A stretch of DNA of 64,000 bases from Leptonemataceae bacterium (GTDB lineage: Bacteria; Spirochaetota; Leptospiria; Leptospirales; Leptonemataceae). The position numbers were made by a program, and so were the translations under genes. This document shows positions 47,533-57,177 of the stretch, in pieces. Location of the stretch: positions 1,184,001 to 1,248,000 of the forward strand of contig OZ245742.1 in NCBI GenBank assembly GCA_965227295.1, written 5' to 3'. The first letter of the stretch is position 1. Every line of letters begins with the position of its first letter. The notes beneath the pieces are model-generated. The model did no database searches. It was not told the origin of the DNA and worked only from the letters and a program-made list of their open reading frames with translations.

Positions 47533-49305
47533 ATGGCGGCCAAAAAAGCATCCAGAAAAAACGCGAAGGCAGCGGACAACGAGGCCGAAAAGAAGTCGCT
47601 GAGTCTCGGCGAAGGTGAGCCCGGCGAGGCCATGGATCTCATGCGGCGGCAGTTCGGCTTGATTGCCGGCTACGTGCACGAACTGTTCACGCGTCTGCCG
47701 GACTCGCTGAAGGTCAAACGCGCCGACGCCCGGGTGATGTATCACAGCATCGATGAGGGTGCGCGTCTGAAGTCGCTCGCGTACTGGTTGTTTATCGTTT
47801 CCTCGTGCGGCATCGCGACGCTGGGTTTGATCATCAACTCGCCGGCGGTCATCATCGGCGCCATGCTCGTGTCCCCGCTCATGTCGCCGATCATGGGCCT
47901 GGGCATGGGCATCGCCGTGAACGATACCTACCTGGGCGTGAAATCCTTCGCGAACGTTACGATCTCCGTTGTGGCGTCCGTGGTTACGGCGGCGCTGATT
48001 ACCGCCGTTGTTCCGTTGCACGAACTTACGCCGGAAATTCGCGGACGCATGAATCCCACTGTGCTCGACCTGGGCGTGGCGATTCTCTCCGGCGTTGTGG
48101 CGGCGCTGAGTTCGATTCGTTCCGGCGGCGACGAGGTGTTGAAGTCGGTGGCGCCGGGGGCGGCCATCGCCGTCGCGTTGATGCCGCCGCTCTGTGTTGT
48201 GGGCTTCGGTCTCGGCATCGGCTTTCGTTTTGACATCATGTGGGGCGCGTTCCTGTTGTTCACGACGAACTTGATCGCTATTACGTTCGTGTGTTCGGTC
48301 TTTTATTATTTCATCCTCGTGGAGTACTCGCCGACGCGGCTGATCAAGTCCGTACAGCAAGTGCGCACCAAAGAAGAAGTTCTGTTCACGAATCGTTACC
48401 TGGAGCGTTTCTGGGAGAACATCGGCGAAGAGATGCGTTCGGGAAAACGTTTCTGGTTTCCGCTGCTGCTCGTCGCCCTCATCGGCTATCCGCTTACGGA
48501 TTCATTCATACTTTTGTTCCGCCAGAATCAGTTGCGGACCCTCATAACGCAGGAGCTACAGAATGCGAACGTCGAAGGCCTGCAGTTCATTCGCGGTCCG
48601 GACGCCCTCGACTACAGCCGCGGCCGCGTGAGCGGGACCATCCTGTATTCTTCCAAACATTCGCCGGGACCGACGTTGGAAGCCGAGGTGGAGAAGTCCG
48701 TCCTTGAACGCTACCCCTGGTACGAGGCCGACCTGACGCTCATCCGCGTGGCCGGAGATGCGGATCTTTCCGAGCTGCGCCACCAGGAAGATCGAAACCT
48801 CAAGGCAGACGCGGAGCGCCAGGCGGCGGCGGCGAGCCTGGTGCGCCGGGCGTTGGCTCTCACGGTGCCGGAGCTTCCGGTGGAACTGGGCGTGGTGAGC
48901 GAAGTCCGGCTGTTGTTCTCGTCCTCGCGTCTGGACACGCTGGAAGTCCATTATCTGGGCGAACCGCTACAGACCCAGACCCGGCAGGCTTTGAGCACTG
49001 TTTTCAAGAACAAGATGCAGAGCATTCGCGGAGATGTCCGGGAGGTGCGCTTCATTCGTGAGGGAGAGCAGTCCGGTCGGCATGAATGTCGCGGGGTGAC
49101 CGAGTCCGCGCTGAAGCGGGCGAAGGAACGGCTCGGCGGGCTCTTTGAGCCGTTGCGGGAAAACCCGTTTTTGAAATTAGAGCTGGATCTCGCCGTGGAC
49201 CTGGAGCCGCCCCTGGAAGGCCTGAGCGAAAAACAGCGCGAATCGTTGAAGATCAGTCGGGATGCCAGCCCGCGCTGTCTCGTAGAGTATCGCTACACGC
49301 GTTGA
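47533..49305 (+). CDS. DUF389 membrane protein with large C-terminal extracytoplasmic region
   Basis: IATLGLIINSPAVIIGAMLVSPLMSPI, EI.GR..PT.LDL.VA, GAAIAVALMPPL, LLF.TN. Confidence 0.88.
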   Translation: MAAKKASRKNAKAADNEAEKKSLSLGEGEPGEAMDLMRRQFGLIAGYVHELFTRLPDSLKVKRADARVMYHSIDEGARLKSLAYWLFIVSSCGIATLGLIINSPAVIIGAMLVSPLMSPIMGLGMGIAVNDTYLGVKSFANVTISVVASVVTAALITAVVPLHELTPEIRGRMNPTVLDLGVAILSGVVAALSSIRSGGDEVLKSVAPGAAIAVALMPPLCVVGFGLGIGFRFDIMWGAFLLFTTNLIAITFVCSVFYYFILVEYSPTRLIKSVQQVRTKEEVLFTNRYLERFWENIGEEMRSGKRFWFPLLLVALIGYPLTDSFILLFRQNQLRTLITQELQNANVEGLQFIRGPDALDYSRGRVSGTILYSSKHSPGPTLEAEVEKSVLERYPWYEADLTLIRVAGDADLSELRHQEDRNLKADAERQAAAASLVRRALALTVPELPVELGVVSEVRLLFSSSRLDTLEVHYLGEPLQTQTRQALSTVFKNKMQSIRGDVREVRFIREGEQSGRHECRGVTESALKRAKERLGGLFEPLRENPFLKLELDLAVDLEPPLEGLSEKQRESLKISRDASPRCLVEYRYTR

Positions 49306-49384
49306 TCCGTGTTAAGTTTCGGTTAACATCGCGCCGGGAAAGTACTTCCACTAATTTCATGAACATGATAATCTGCCGGTGCGC

Positions 49385-50125
49385 ATGGGTGAACCGGAAG
49401 AGAAGTACAAAGACGTAAAGGACCGCGAAGCGATTCTGGCGGGCGTGGAGTCAGGGCAGCGTGTGGTGTTCGTTGCGTATACTCTGACGGACGTCATGGA
49501 GCGTCAGTTGGACTTCGTCATTGCTCTGCTCTTGAAGAAGTACGGCCACCCGGAGTTGCAGAGCACTATTTATAGTTGCCTCAAGGAAATCGTCATCAAC
49601 GCCACGAAGGCGAACGCGAAGCACGTTTACTTCCAGGATCAGGGACTGAGCATCGACGATCCGCAAGAGTATCGTCGCGGGGTCGACGAAATGAAAGCGA
49701 AGATGTCCGAGGCCTGGATCGAGAAGTACGGGACAAAAGCCCGGGAGGCCGGGCTGCAGGTATCCATTGAGTTCGACCACGCTCCGGAAGGTCTGCGCAT
49801 TTGGGTGTTCAACGATACCGATCTCATCCCCACCGATGAAAAGCGCATTCGTGAGAAGCTGGCCGAGGGCATGACCTACGAGGATCTATTGTCCTTCTAC
49901 ATGGCCAACGGCGATCAGGCCGAGGGGGAAGGCCTGGGGCTCGTCATGAACCTGCTCCTCCTCAAGGGCGAAAACATCAACCCCGCGCTCTTCCGTCTGG
50001 GTTACATCGACGGCAAGACCATGGCGCGCATCGAGATTCCCTTCTCGGACGACTTCGTAAGTATTCGCGGCGAAAATCCCGAGGGCTTTCGTGATCGCGA
50101 CGCCGTGCGTATGGTCTTTGATTGA
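49385..50125 (+). CDS. Stand-alone atypical HATPase-like protein
   Basis: LKEIVINATKANAK...EGEGLGL...ARIEIP; clearly similar to the N-terminal half of 39235-40743. Confidence 0.8.
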   Translation: MGEPEEKYKDVKDREAILAGVESGQRVVFVAYTLTDVMERQLDFVIALLLKKYGHPELQSTIYSCLKEIVINATKANAKHVYFQDQGLSIDDPQEYRRGVDEMKAKMSEAWIEKYGTKAREAGLQVSIEFDHAPEGLRIWVFNDTDLIPTDEKRIREKLAEGMTYEDLLSFYMANGDQAEGEGLGLVMNLLLLKGENINPALFRLGYIDGKTMARIEIPFSDDFVSIRGENPEGFRDRDAVRMVFD

Positions 50126-50155
50126 CCGTCACGCTTCCACCGGCTTCGCTGAGTC

Positions 50156-50644
50156 ATGAAGCCCCTCCTGATTCTGCGCATCATCCATCTCGCCCTCACC
50201 GCCGGTGCCGCGCTGGGCACGGCCGTCTTTTATTTTCTGCGTACGCAGGGAATCAATCCTGAGACGGGTACGCAGGATGCCGTGGGGCCTGAGTTCGGTT
50301 TTCTCGGCGCCGGGGCGGTCCTGGCGGGGGTCCTCGCGAGCATTGTGATGCCGCGGATTATTTCGAAGTCCGCGCTGGAAGCTTTTCGGCAGAGCGACGA
50401 CATCATCGATCATCCCGAGGTGACCTTCCGAATCTACCAGAACATGAAGATCATTCAGTGGGCCATGATCGAAGGGGCGGCGATGCTTGCTGCGGTGATG
50501 TACTTTTTGTCCGGCAACGGAATCGCGATTCTGGCGGCGGCCCTGGCCGTGGCGTATTTGGGCTGGCAGCGGTCGTCGCTGGAAGACTTGAAGCGACGCC
50601 TGGGACTGAGTGATACGCAGTTGCAATCACTCGGTGAAGAGTAA
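50156..50644 (+). CDS. Four-TM membrane protein
   Basis: Hydrophobic segments and IIQWAMIEG. Confidence 0.75.
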   Translation: MKPLLILRIIHLALTAGAALGTAVFYFLRTQGINPETGTQDAVGPEFGFLGAGAVLAGVLASIVMPRIISKSALEAFRQSDDIIDHPEVTFRIYQNMKIIQWAMIEGAAMLAAVMYFLSGNGIAILAAALAVAYLGWQRSSLEDLKRRLGLSDTQLQSLGEE

Positions 50645-50673
50645 GATGGGACAACAGGCCCGTACTTCTACAG

Positions 50674-51375
50674 TCATGCAACCAGGTTGATGAGCACGGT
50701 CTTCAGGATTTCGCGGTCTTCTTCCTGAGGGGCGACACGCCAGCTGATGCCCGCCGGAGTGGCCACGAGGGAGCGGCCACTGAGAGCCGTGCCGAAGATG
50801 TGCCCGGCCCCGGAACAACGAGCAATGTACATGCCGCGGTCGCCGGCCAGGTCCAGCAGAGGCTGGTCGTCCCTGCTTTCGTCGTAGGATTCGCGGGTAT
50901 CGAGAATGAAGACGAGTTTCACATCCTGATCGGCCAGTTCTTCGAGATTTTTCTTCGTGGCGTCGCCGCCGGCCAGGACGCCGAAGCGAAAACCGCCCAG
51001 AATAAAAATCCCGGCCCCGTCGCCGGCCTTGAGGTAACGTTTTTCGTTTCCGGAGAGTTCGCGCTTGTCATACCAGTCGACGATCTTACCCTCGGAAATA
51101 ATCGGGACCGACGCGAACTGACCTTCATCGCCCTTTCGAATCATGGAGCCGCCGAGGATGATGCCTTTGTAAGCATCGTTCAATTTCAGGAGCCAATCCT
51201 GGGCGTAGGTGCTCTTGTCGACGAGGGCGCTGTGGTCTTTCACCGCCGGATCCGCGAAAAAATACTCCGGCAGCAGGAGAAAGTCCGATTTCAACGAAGC
51301 GATTTTCTTGAGCGTGGAAAGATTCAAACCGTCGTCTAGCGTCTTCTGGTAAATGCTGACTTTGACGATACCCAT
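50674..51375 (-). CDS. Carbon-nitrogen hydrolase (nitrilase)-fold protein lacking the catalytic Cys
   Basis: LLPEYF (Glu), YDKREL (Lys), FGVLAGGD where FGVLIC.D is expected, GRSLV.TP.G. Confidence 0.8.
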   Translation of the reverse strand: MGIVKVSIYQKTLDDGLNLSTLKKIASLKSDFLLLPEYFFADPAVKDHSALVDKSTYAQDWLLKLNDAYKGIILGGSMIRKGDEGQFASVPIISEGKIVDWYDKRELSGNEKRYLKAGDGAGIFILGGFRFGVLAGGDATKKNLEELADQDVKLVFILDTRESYDESRDDQPLLDLAGDRGMYIARCSGAGHIFGTALSGRSLVATPAGISWRVAPQEEDREILKTVLINLVA

Positions 51376-51572
51376 GAACGAAGCTCCGGTCCCTTCCTGG
51401 TCGCCGGTGTCAGCCCTCGCGTCAATCGATTTTGATGAGCAGGGAGACGGGCTTCCGGGGCGATGCGGTGTATACCGCCAGGGTCTTGTCCCCTGAATGT
51501 TTTACTTGCGCCTCAGAATATCCGCGAAAAGCATGGGACAGGTCCGAATCCAGCGGCCGCGTATCAATCCGA

Positions 51573-52211
51573 ATGTCAGAGTGGGGAGAACGCGTTATCG
51601 AACATTTGCTGGAACTGGGTAGAGCCGGGTGCCAGGGAAATGCCCAGGATTACCAATCCTGGGTTCGCTACGCCTATGCCCTGGACGTATCTGCCGAAGC
51701 CGTCGACCAGACGCTGAGCAGCATGGTCGCGGACGGGCAGTTTCGTCAGCATCCGGACATCCCCACCGAATTTTTGTACGCCGGCCGGCCGGATTTCCCG
51801 CCCAAGGTCGAATACCAGGTTTCGGGCGACCTGAACAATTCTCCTCTGCAAATGGTCCGGTCGCGGCTGGAGGCATTTCTGCGTCATCACGGGGCCTCGG
51901 AAGAGGAAATCATCGACGTTTCCATCGGCACGACCGAGGCCATGGAGAACGCCGTGAAGTACAGCGATCATAAAGACATCGACGTCGCGTACGAAATCCG
52001 CGACGGCGAAATCTTTCACATTCGCATCGTCAATCGCATCGGCGACGTCCAGCCGGAGCAGGACATTGAGTCCGGCAAGTACAGCGGCTCGCTGACGCTC
52101 ATGCGCGGGATGATGGTCATGGTTAAGCTCTTCGACGAGATGGACATCGACATCTCCGAGGAGCAGCAACAGGCGATCTTCGAGGCGCACAAGAAGCTTA
52201 CGCGCAACTGA
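51573..52211 (+). CDS. RsbW-like anti-sigma factor / Ser kinase (HATPase_c_2) with N-terminal extension
   Basis: [11 protein letters not shown] (N box), RGMMVM..LFDE (G2-like); about 70 aa extra N-terminal domain. Confidence 0.8.
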   Translation: MSEWGERVIEHLLELGRAGCQGNAQDYQSWVRYAYALDVSAEAVDQTLSSMVADGQFRQHPDIPTEFLYAGRPDFPPKVEYQVSGDLNNSPLQMVRSRLEAFLRHHGASEEEIIDVSIGTTEAMENAVKYSDHKDIDVAYEIRDGEIFHIRIVNRIGDVQPEQDIESGKYSGSLTLMRGMMVMVKLFDEMDIDISEEQQQAIFEAHKKLTRN

Positions 52212-52221
52212 GTCGTCGCCC

Positions 52222-54405
52222 GTGAATCCCCCGGAAGAACAGCCCTTTAAGCTCGTTTCGGCCTACCGTCCCGCCGGCGACCAGCCCCGGGCCATCGAAA
52301 GCCTGGTCGAAGCCTTCAATAAAAAACACAAGCAGAAGCTCTGCCTCGTGGGTGTCACCGGCTCCGGCAAGACCTACACCATGGCCTCGTTCATCCAGGG
52401 CATCGCGCGGCCGGCCCTGGTGCTCACACACAACAAAACGCTGGCGGCCCAGCTCTATCGCGAGTTTCGCGAGTACTTTCCGGAGAACGCCGTCGAGTAC
52501 TTCGTATCTTACTATGACTACTACCAACCCGAAGCTTACGTTCCGACGAGCGACACTTACATAGAGAAAGATGCTTCGATCAACGACGAGATTGATCGAC
52601 TGCGTTTGCGTGCGACGTCGTCGTTGCTGGAGCGACGGGACGTGGTCATTGTTTCTTCGGTGTCGTGCATCTACGGTTTGGGCTCGCCCGAGGAGTACAA
52701 ACACAGCCTCGTGATGCTCGACCGCGGCCTGGAACTGGATCGCAACACGGTGATTCGCCAGTTGTTACACGTACAGTACGCGCGCAACGATGTGGACTTT
52801 TCCCGTGGTAACTTTCGCGTGCGCGGGGATACCCTTGAGGTCTTTCCGGCGTATCGCGAAGAAGGCGTGCGCATTGAATGGTTCGGTGACGAGATCGAGG
52901 CGATTTCGTTGATCGACCCTTTGAGCGGTCGCGTGCTTTCGAAGAAAGAGCGCGTCATTATTTACCCGGCCAAGCACTTTATTACTTCGCCGCCGCGCCT
53001 GGAGCAGGCCACGAAGGCCATCGAAGACGAGCTGGGAGCGCAGATCAAACTGTTCCAGGAACAGGGCAAGCCCCTCGAAGCCGAGCGCATCGAACAACGC
53101 ACGCGTTACGACGTGGAGATGCTGCGCACGATGGGCTATTGCAACGGCATCGAAAACTACTCGCGGCATCTCGCCGGACGCGAAGCCGGTGAGCGACCGG
53201 CCTGTTTGCTGGATTATTTTCCGGATGACTTCGTGGTAATCGTCGACGAATCGCACCAGACCATACCCCAGGTGCGCGGCATGTTCGAGGGCGACCGCGC
53301 GCGCAAACAAACGCTCGTGGATTTCGGCTTTCGCCTGCCGTCCGCGCTGGACAACCGCCCGCTGAACTTCGGCGAGTTCGAGACGATGGCCGAAAGCGTG
53401 CTCTGGGTTTCGGCGACGCCGAGTGACTATGAGCGCGAGAATTCGCAGCATACCGTCGAGCAGATCATCCGCCCCACGGGATTGCTGGATCCGGAAGTGG
53501 AAGTGCGGCCGGTGAAGAATCAGATCGAAGACCTGCTCGGCGAGATTCGCAAACGCATGGCCGCGGACGAGCGCGTGCTGGTGACCACGCTCACGAAGAA
53601 GATGGCCGAGGATCTTTCGGATTACCTGGCCGACATGGACGTGAACGTCGCCTATCTGCACAGCGAGATTCAAACGATCGAGCGGGTGGAGATCATTCGC
53701 GATTTGCGCAAGGGTGTATACGATGTGTTGGTGGGCGTGAACCTGCTGCGCGAAGGCCTCGATATGCCGGAGGTTTCCCTGGTGGCGATTCTCGACGCCG
53801 ACAAAGAAGGCTTTTTGCGCAACGCGCGTTCGTTGATTCAAACGATCGGCCGGGCGGCGCGCAACGTAAACGGCCGGGCCATTCTCTATGCCGACAAAAC
53901 CACGCCGTCCATGCAGAACGCCATCGACGAGACTCTGCGCCGCCGCAAGATTCAAGAAGAGCACAACGTCGCGAACAACATTACGCCTACGACGATTCGC
54001 AAGGCGATCCATGACATCATCGAGCGTAACTTCATCGAAGAAGACGAGGGCGAAGAAGAACGCCTGCTCGCGGAACTCGAAGAAGAGGTGAAGTTTAAGA
54101 AGGGCGCAAGCAAACGCGAGAAGATCGCCACCGTGCGTCAGGCCATGCTCGACGCGGCGCGCAACCTGGAATTTGAAAAGGCGGCGTTGTTGCGCGATAA
54201 GCTCCAGGCAATTGAAGAAGGCAAAGATTCCGGCGGAGACGGCAAAGGCTTGAAGAAGGCCGGCAAGCAGACGAAGAAAAAACCGTTTCGCCCGCGGTCG
54301 GGAACGAGCGGGAGTTCGCGGCGCAACAAGAGCGGCAAGCCGCGCGACAACGTCATCAGCATCGATAGCGCGCGGAAAAAAAAGAAACGTTCGAAAAAAT
54401 CGTAG
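52222..54405 (+). CDS. uvrB: Excinuclease ABC subunit B
   Basis: [52 protein letters not shown] domain. Confidence 0.98.
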   Translation: MNPPEEQPFKLVSAYRPAGDQPRAIESLVEAFNKKHKQKLCLVGVTGSGKTYTMASFIQGIARPALVLTHNKTLAAQLYREFREYFPENAVEYFVSYYDYYQPEAYVPTSDTYIEKDASINDEIDRLRLRATSSLLERRDVVIVSSVSCIYGLGSPEEYKHSLVMLDRGLELDRNTVIRQLLHVQYARNDVDFSRGNFRVRGDTLEVFPAYREEGVRIEWFGDEIEAISLIDPLSGRVLSKKERVIIYPAKHFITSPPRLEQATKAIEDELGAQIKLFQEQGKPLEAERIEQRTRYDVEMLRTMGYCNGIENYSRHLAGREAGERPACLLDYFPDDFVVIVDESHQTIPQVRGMFEGDRARKQTLVDFGFRLPSALDNRPLNFGEFETMAESVLWVSATPSDYERENSQHTVEQIIRPTGLLDPEVEVRPVKNQIEDLLGEIRKRMAADERVLVTTLTKKMAEDLSDYLADMDVNVAYLHSEIQTIERVEIIRDLRKGVYDVLVGVNLLREGLDMPEVSLVAILDADKEGFLRNARSLIQTIGRAARNVNGRAILYADKTTPSMQNAIDETLRRRKIQEEHNVANNITPTTIRKAIHDIIERNFIEEDEGEEERLLAELEEEVKFKKGASKREKIATVRQAMLDAARNLEFEKAALLRDKLQAIEEGKDSGGDGKGLKKAGKQTKKKPFRPRSGTSGSSRRNKSGKPRDNVISIDSARKKKKRSKKS

Positions 54406-54438
54406 CCAGACGTCGACCGCCCGTGTGAAATCCGGGAC

Positions 54439-55770
54439 ATGCTGTCTTCATGGAAGTCGGCCTGGTCCTGGATTCTGGGCCGGCACATTTCCGAGCAACT
54501 CCCCGAACGAGAGCGCCGCGAGTTTCGCCTTACTATTAACACGCAGGTGGTGTTGATCTGCGTTAATCTTGTGATGTGGTTCGTCCCCGTTCCGCCGGAG
54601 GAGCACGGGGTCCTGCACCTGGCCAGTACCTTGTTTCTGGTAGAGCTGATCACTGCCTGGCTATTGCTCCGCAATCGTTACGCGCTGGCCGCGAAGGCGC
54701 TGACGCTCTTCGCCATGTGCGTGCATCTCTCTCTCATCGCGTTCGGGCTCACGACCCAGCACGCACACTTCTTTTACCCGGTGGTCAGTCTGCTCTCGCT
54801 TTTGATTTTTCGAAACCAGAATCGTTTCGTGCGCGCGGTCTTTGCCGTACTGCCCATAATCATTTTGATCATTCACCAGTCCTACTTCATGGTGCTGGGC
54901 GGTGAGGCCTATTACGGTCCGCGACCGGAAGAGTTTACTTTTGATCAAGTCGTTCTGGATTTGATCTTCAGCCAGTTCATTCTACTGTTTATCGTGTATC
55001 AGTTCATTCATGCTCGCGATCGGGCGGAGGCGACCCTGGAACTGGAGCACCAGAAATCGGAGCGTCTTTTGTTGAACATCCTGCCCCGGGAAGTCGCCGA
55101 GGAACTCAAGGCGAAAGGCGCGGCCGAACCGCGATTGTATAAATCGACTACGATCTGTTTTACCGACTTCAAAGGTTTCACGCAAATTGCCGAATCCCTG
55201 GCGCCAGCGGAACTCGTGGGCGAACTCGACCGCTGCTTTTCGTACTTCGACAACCTCATGAGCCGTCATAACCTGGAAAAACTCAAGACGATCGGCGACA
55301 GCTACATGTTTGCCGGCGGCATTCCCGTGGAGAATCGTACGCACGCGGTGGACTGCATACTTGCGGCGATCGAAATCCAGGCGTTTATGAATCAGATGAA
55401 AGACATCAAGGAACGACAGGGACTTCCGTACTGGGAATTGCGTCTGGGCATTCATTCGGGAGATCTCGTGGCCGGTGTCATCGGCGAAAAGAAATTCGCG
55501 TACGATGTCTGGAGCGATACGGTGAACACGGCAAGTCGTTGCGAATCGTCGGGCGTGCCCGGTCGAATCAACATTTCGGCGGAGACCTACGAGTTAGTGA
55601 AGGACTTCTTCGAATGTGAGTACCGCGGAGCAATCGAGGCCAAGAACAAAGGTAAGATCGAAATGTACTTCGTGATCGGGTTGCGCCCGGAATTACAGAG
55701 CGGCGGGGAAGAACGGTTGCCCAACGAAGAGTTTCAGCGGCGCTACACAGAATTGTCACAACGCTCTTAA
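54439..55770 (+). CDS. Membrane-bound class III adenylate/guanylate cyclase (adenylate-type specificity residues)
   Basis: About six TMs, ERLLLNILP, FTDFKGFT, KTIGDSYM, YDVWSDTVN.ASR. Confidence 0.93.
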   Translation: MLSSWKSAWSWILGRHISEQLPERERREFRLTINTQVVLICVNLVMWFVPVPPEEHGVLHLASTLFLVELITAWLLLRNRYALAAKALTLFAMCVHLSLIAFGLTTQHAHFFYPVVSLLSLLIFRNQNRFVRAVFAVLPIIILIIHQSYFMVLGGEAYYGPRPEEFTFDQVVLDLIFSQFILLFIVYQFIHARDRAEATLELEHQKSERLLLNILPREVAEELKAKGAAEPRLYKSTTICFTDFKGFTQIAESLAPAELVGELDRCFSYFDNLMSRHNLEKLKTIGDSYMFAGGIPVENRTHAVDCILAAIEIQAFMNQMKDIKERQGLPYWELRLGIHSGDLVAGVIGEKKFAYDVWSDTVNTASRCESSGVPGRINISAETYELVKDFFECEYRGAIEAKNKGKIEMYFVIGLRPELQSGGEERLPNEEFQRRYTELSQRS

Positions 55771-55783
55771 AAGAGAACTGCGC

Positions 55784-55812
55784 TTGACCTGATTTGCACT
55801 CCGTCCTAGATT
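55784..55812 (+). promoter_or_regulatory. Sigma70-type promoter, probably giving a leaderless mRNA
   Basis: TTGACC-N17-TAGATT, then 6 nt, then ATG 55819; no SD. Confidence 0.6.
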
Positions 55813-55818
55813 TGCTGC

Positions 55819-57150
55819 ATGCGTTCCGTATTCGCCGCCATTCTCATCTTTACGGTTACTGGAGCATTCCAGAATTTCGAACTCGCCGCTCAGGGCATTA
55901 AGATCCAGGCAACGATCGATGCGCCGCATACGCCGGTCGGCTTCGCGGGTTCCTCGCCGCGCTACGTCTTACTTAAGAAAGGCGTTGCCGATTTGCAGAG
56001 CAAGGGTGTGGAGAGTTTGCCCGAAGTCTCGGCCGTGAAAGGCATTCCGCAGGCGCCGGAACGCGTGCGCGGTCGGGAAAACATTCAAAAGGCCATCAAC
56101 GCGGATCAGTATTGGTCCATCCGCGGGGACTATCAGTTCGTCGACGTGGCGGAGCGTCGGGCCGGCCTGCTCCTGGAAAAGCGCGGGGAACGCAAGACCG
56201 TCAGCGGCAATCCGCAATGTCCCGACGGCTCGGCCTCGCGGTACGTGGAACAGTACGCCCGCTATCTTTGCGAAAAGACCAGAAAGTACATCGATACGGA
56301 CGATTATCAGGAACGCTTCAAAGAGTACTACTTTGCCTTGATCGATCTGGATGCGAAGTCCGTCGTCTGGATGACTCGCCTCGAAGACTTCACTCTCGGA
56401 GTTAAGCCCATCGGCGTGCACACGGACGGCGGACAGTTTTACTTTTCGAACATCATCTACGTTTCGAGGGATGCCGGTAAGTCGGAAGGCAAAATTCATA
56501 TTCGCGGTCTCGATCTAACGAACGGCAAGATTGCAACGAGCAAAGATTTCGACATCCCTGTGCGCACGTATAGCAGTTACAGCATCGATGTTTTCATGGC
56601 GGCGGACGGCAGTAAGATCGGCTTCGTGGAGTACGATGAGCCGGTAAATCGTAAGACCGGCGCGGGCAGCATTCAAAATCCCCCGGCGCAAACTTACGTA
56701 TACGACGTGGCGTCGCAGAAGCTGCAAACGTTCCAGAGCGATGTAACGTCGTACGGTCGCGCGTTTTCGCGGGACGGTCGTTATTTGTACCTGGCCAGCA
56801 ACGCCATGGCGCGCTTGACCGCTTACGATCTGGAAAGCGGCCAGAAAATCAAAACGGTGCCGTCGCCGCGGAACAGCTTCTTCGCCGTCGTGTCGCCGAA
56901 CGATAAATGGATCTACGTCTTCGGTAAGACCGAGGTGCGCATCTACGATCGTGCGTCGCTGAAACTCGCGAAGAAGATTCCGCTCGGTGGTATTTTTAAG
57001 GGCGTGCAGTCGTTGCTCGTTTCGGAAGAGATGCAGGCCGCGCCGGACGGCAGCGTGGTGTTGTTTCCGTTGCTCGAGAAAGCGAAGAACGGGCCGTGGT
57101 GGTCGAAGAAAGACGACGGCGGGTTTTATGTGCTGGAGTTGGTGGAGTAA
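55819..57150 (+). CDS. Secreted beta-propeller (YncE/WD40-like) protein
   Basis: Signal peptide; repeats FSRDGRYLY, VSPNDKWIYV, YDL.SG. Confidence 0.75.
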   Translation: MRSVFAAILIFTVTGAFQNFELAAQGIKIQATIDAPHTPVGFAGSSPRYVLLKKGVADLQSKGVESLPEVSAVKGIPQAPERVRGRENIQKAINADQYWSIRGDYQFVDVAERRAGLLLEKRGERKTVSGNPQCPDGSASRYVEQYARYLCEKTRKYIDTDDYQERFKEYYFALIDLDAKSVVWMTRLEDFTLGVKPIGVHTDGGQFYFSNIIYVSRDAGKSEGKIHIRGLDLTNGKIATSKDFDIPVRTYSSYSIDVFMAADGSKIGFVEYDEPVNRKTGAGSIQNPPAQTYVYDVASQKLQTFQSDVTSYGRAFSRDGRYLYLASNAMARLTAYDLESGQKIKTVPSPRNSFFAVVSPNDKWIYVFGKTEVRIYDRASLKLAKKIPLGGIFKGVQSLLVSEEMQAAPDGSVVLFPLLEKAKNGPWWSKKDDGGFYVLELVE

Positions 57151-57177
57151 TCCGCGAATCCAACCACACACGGACGC

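Noticed and set aside
46324..48360. 678-aa minus-strand ORF spanning ccmC, ccmB and DUF389
   Set aside because: Off-frame or antisense to three well-supported genes; low-information R/A/G/H composition.
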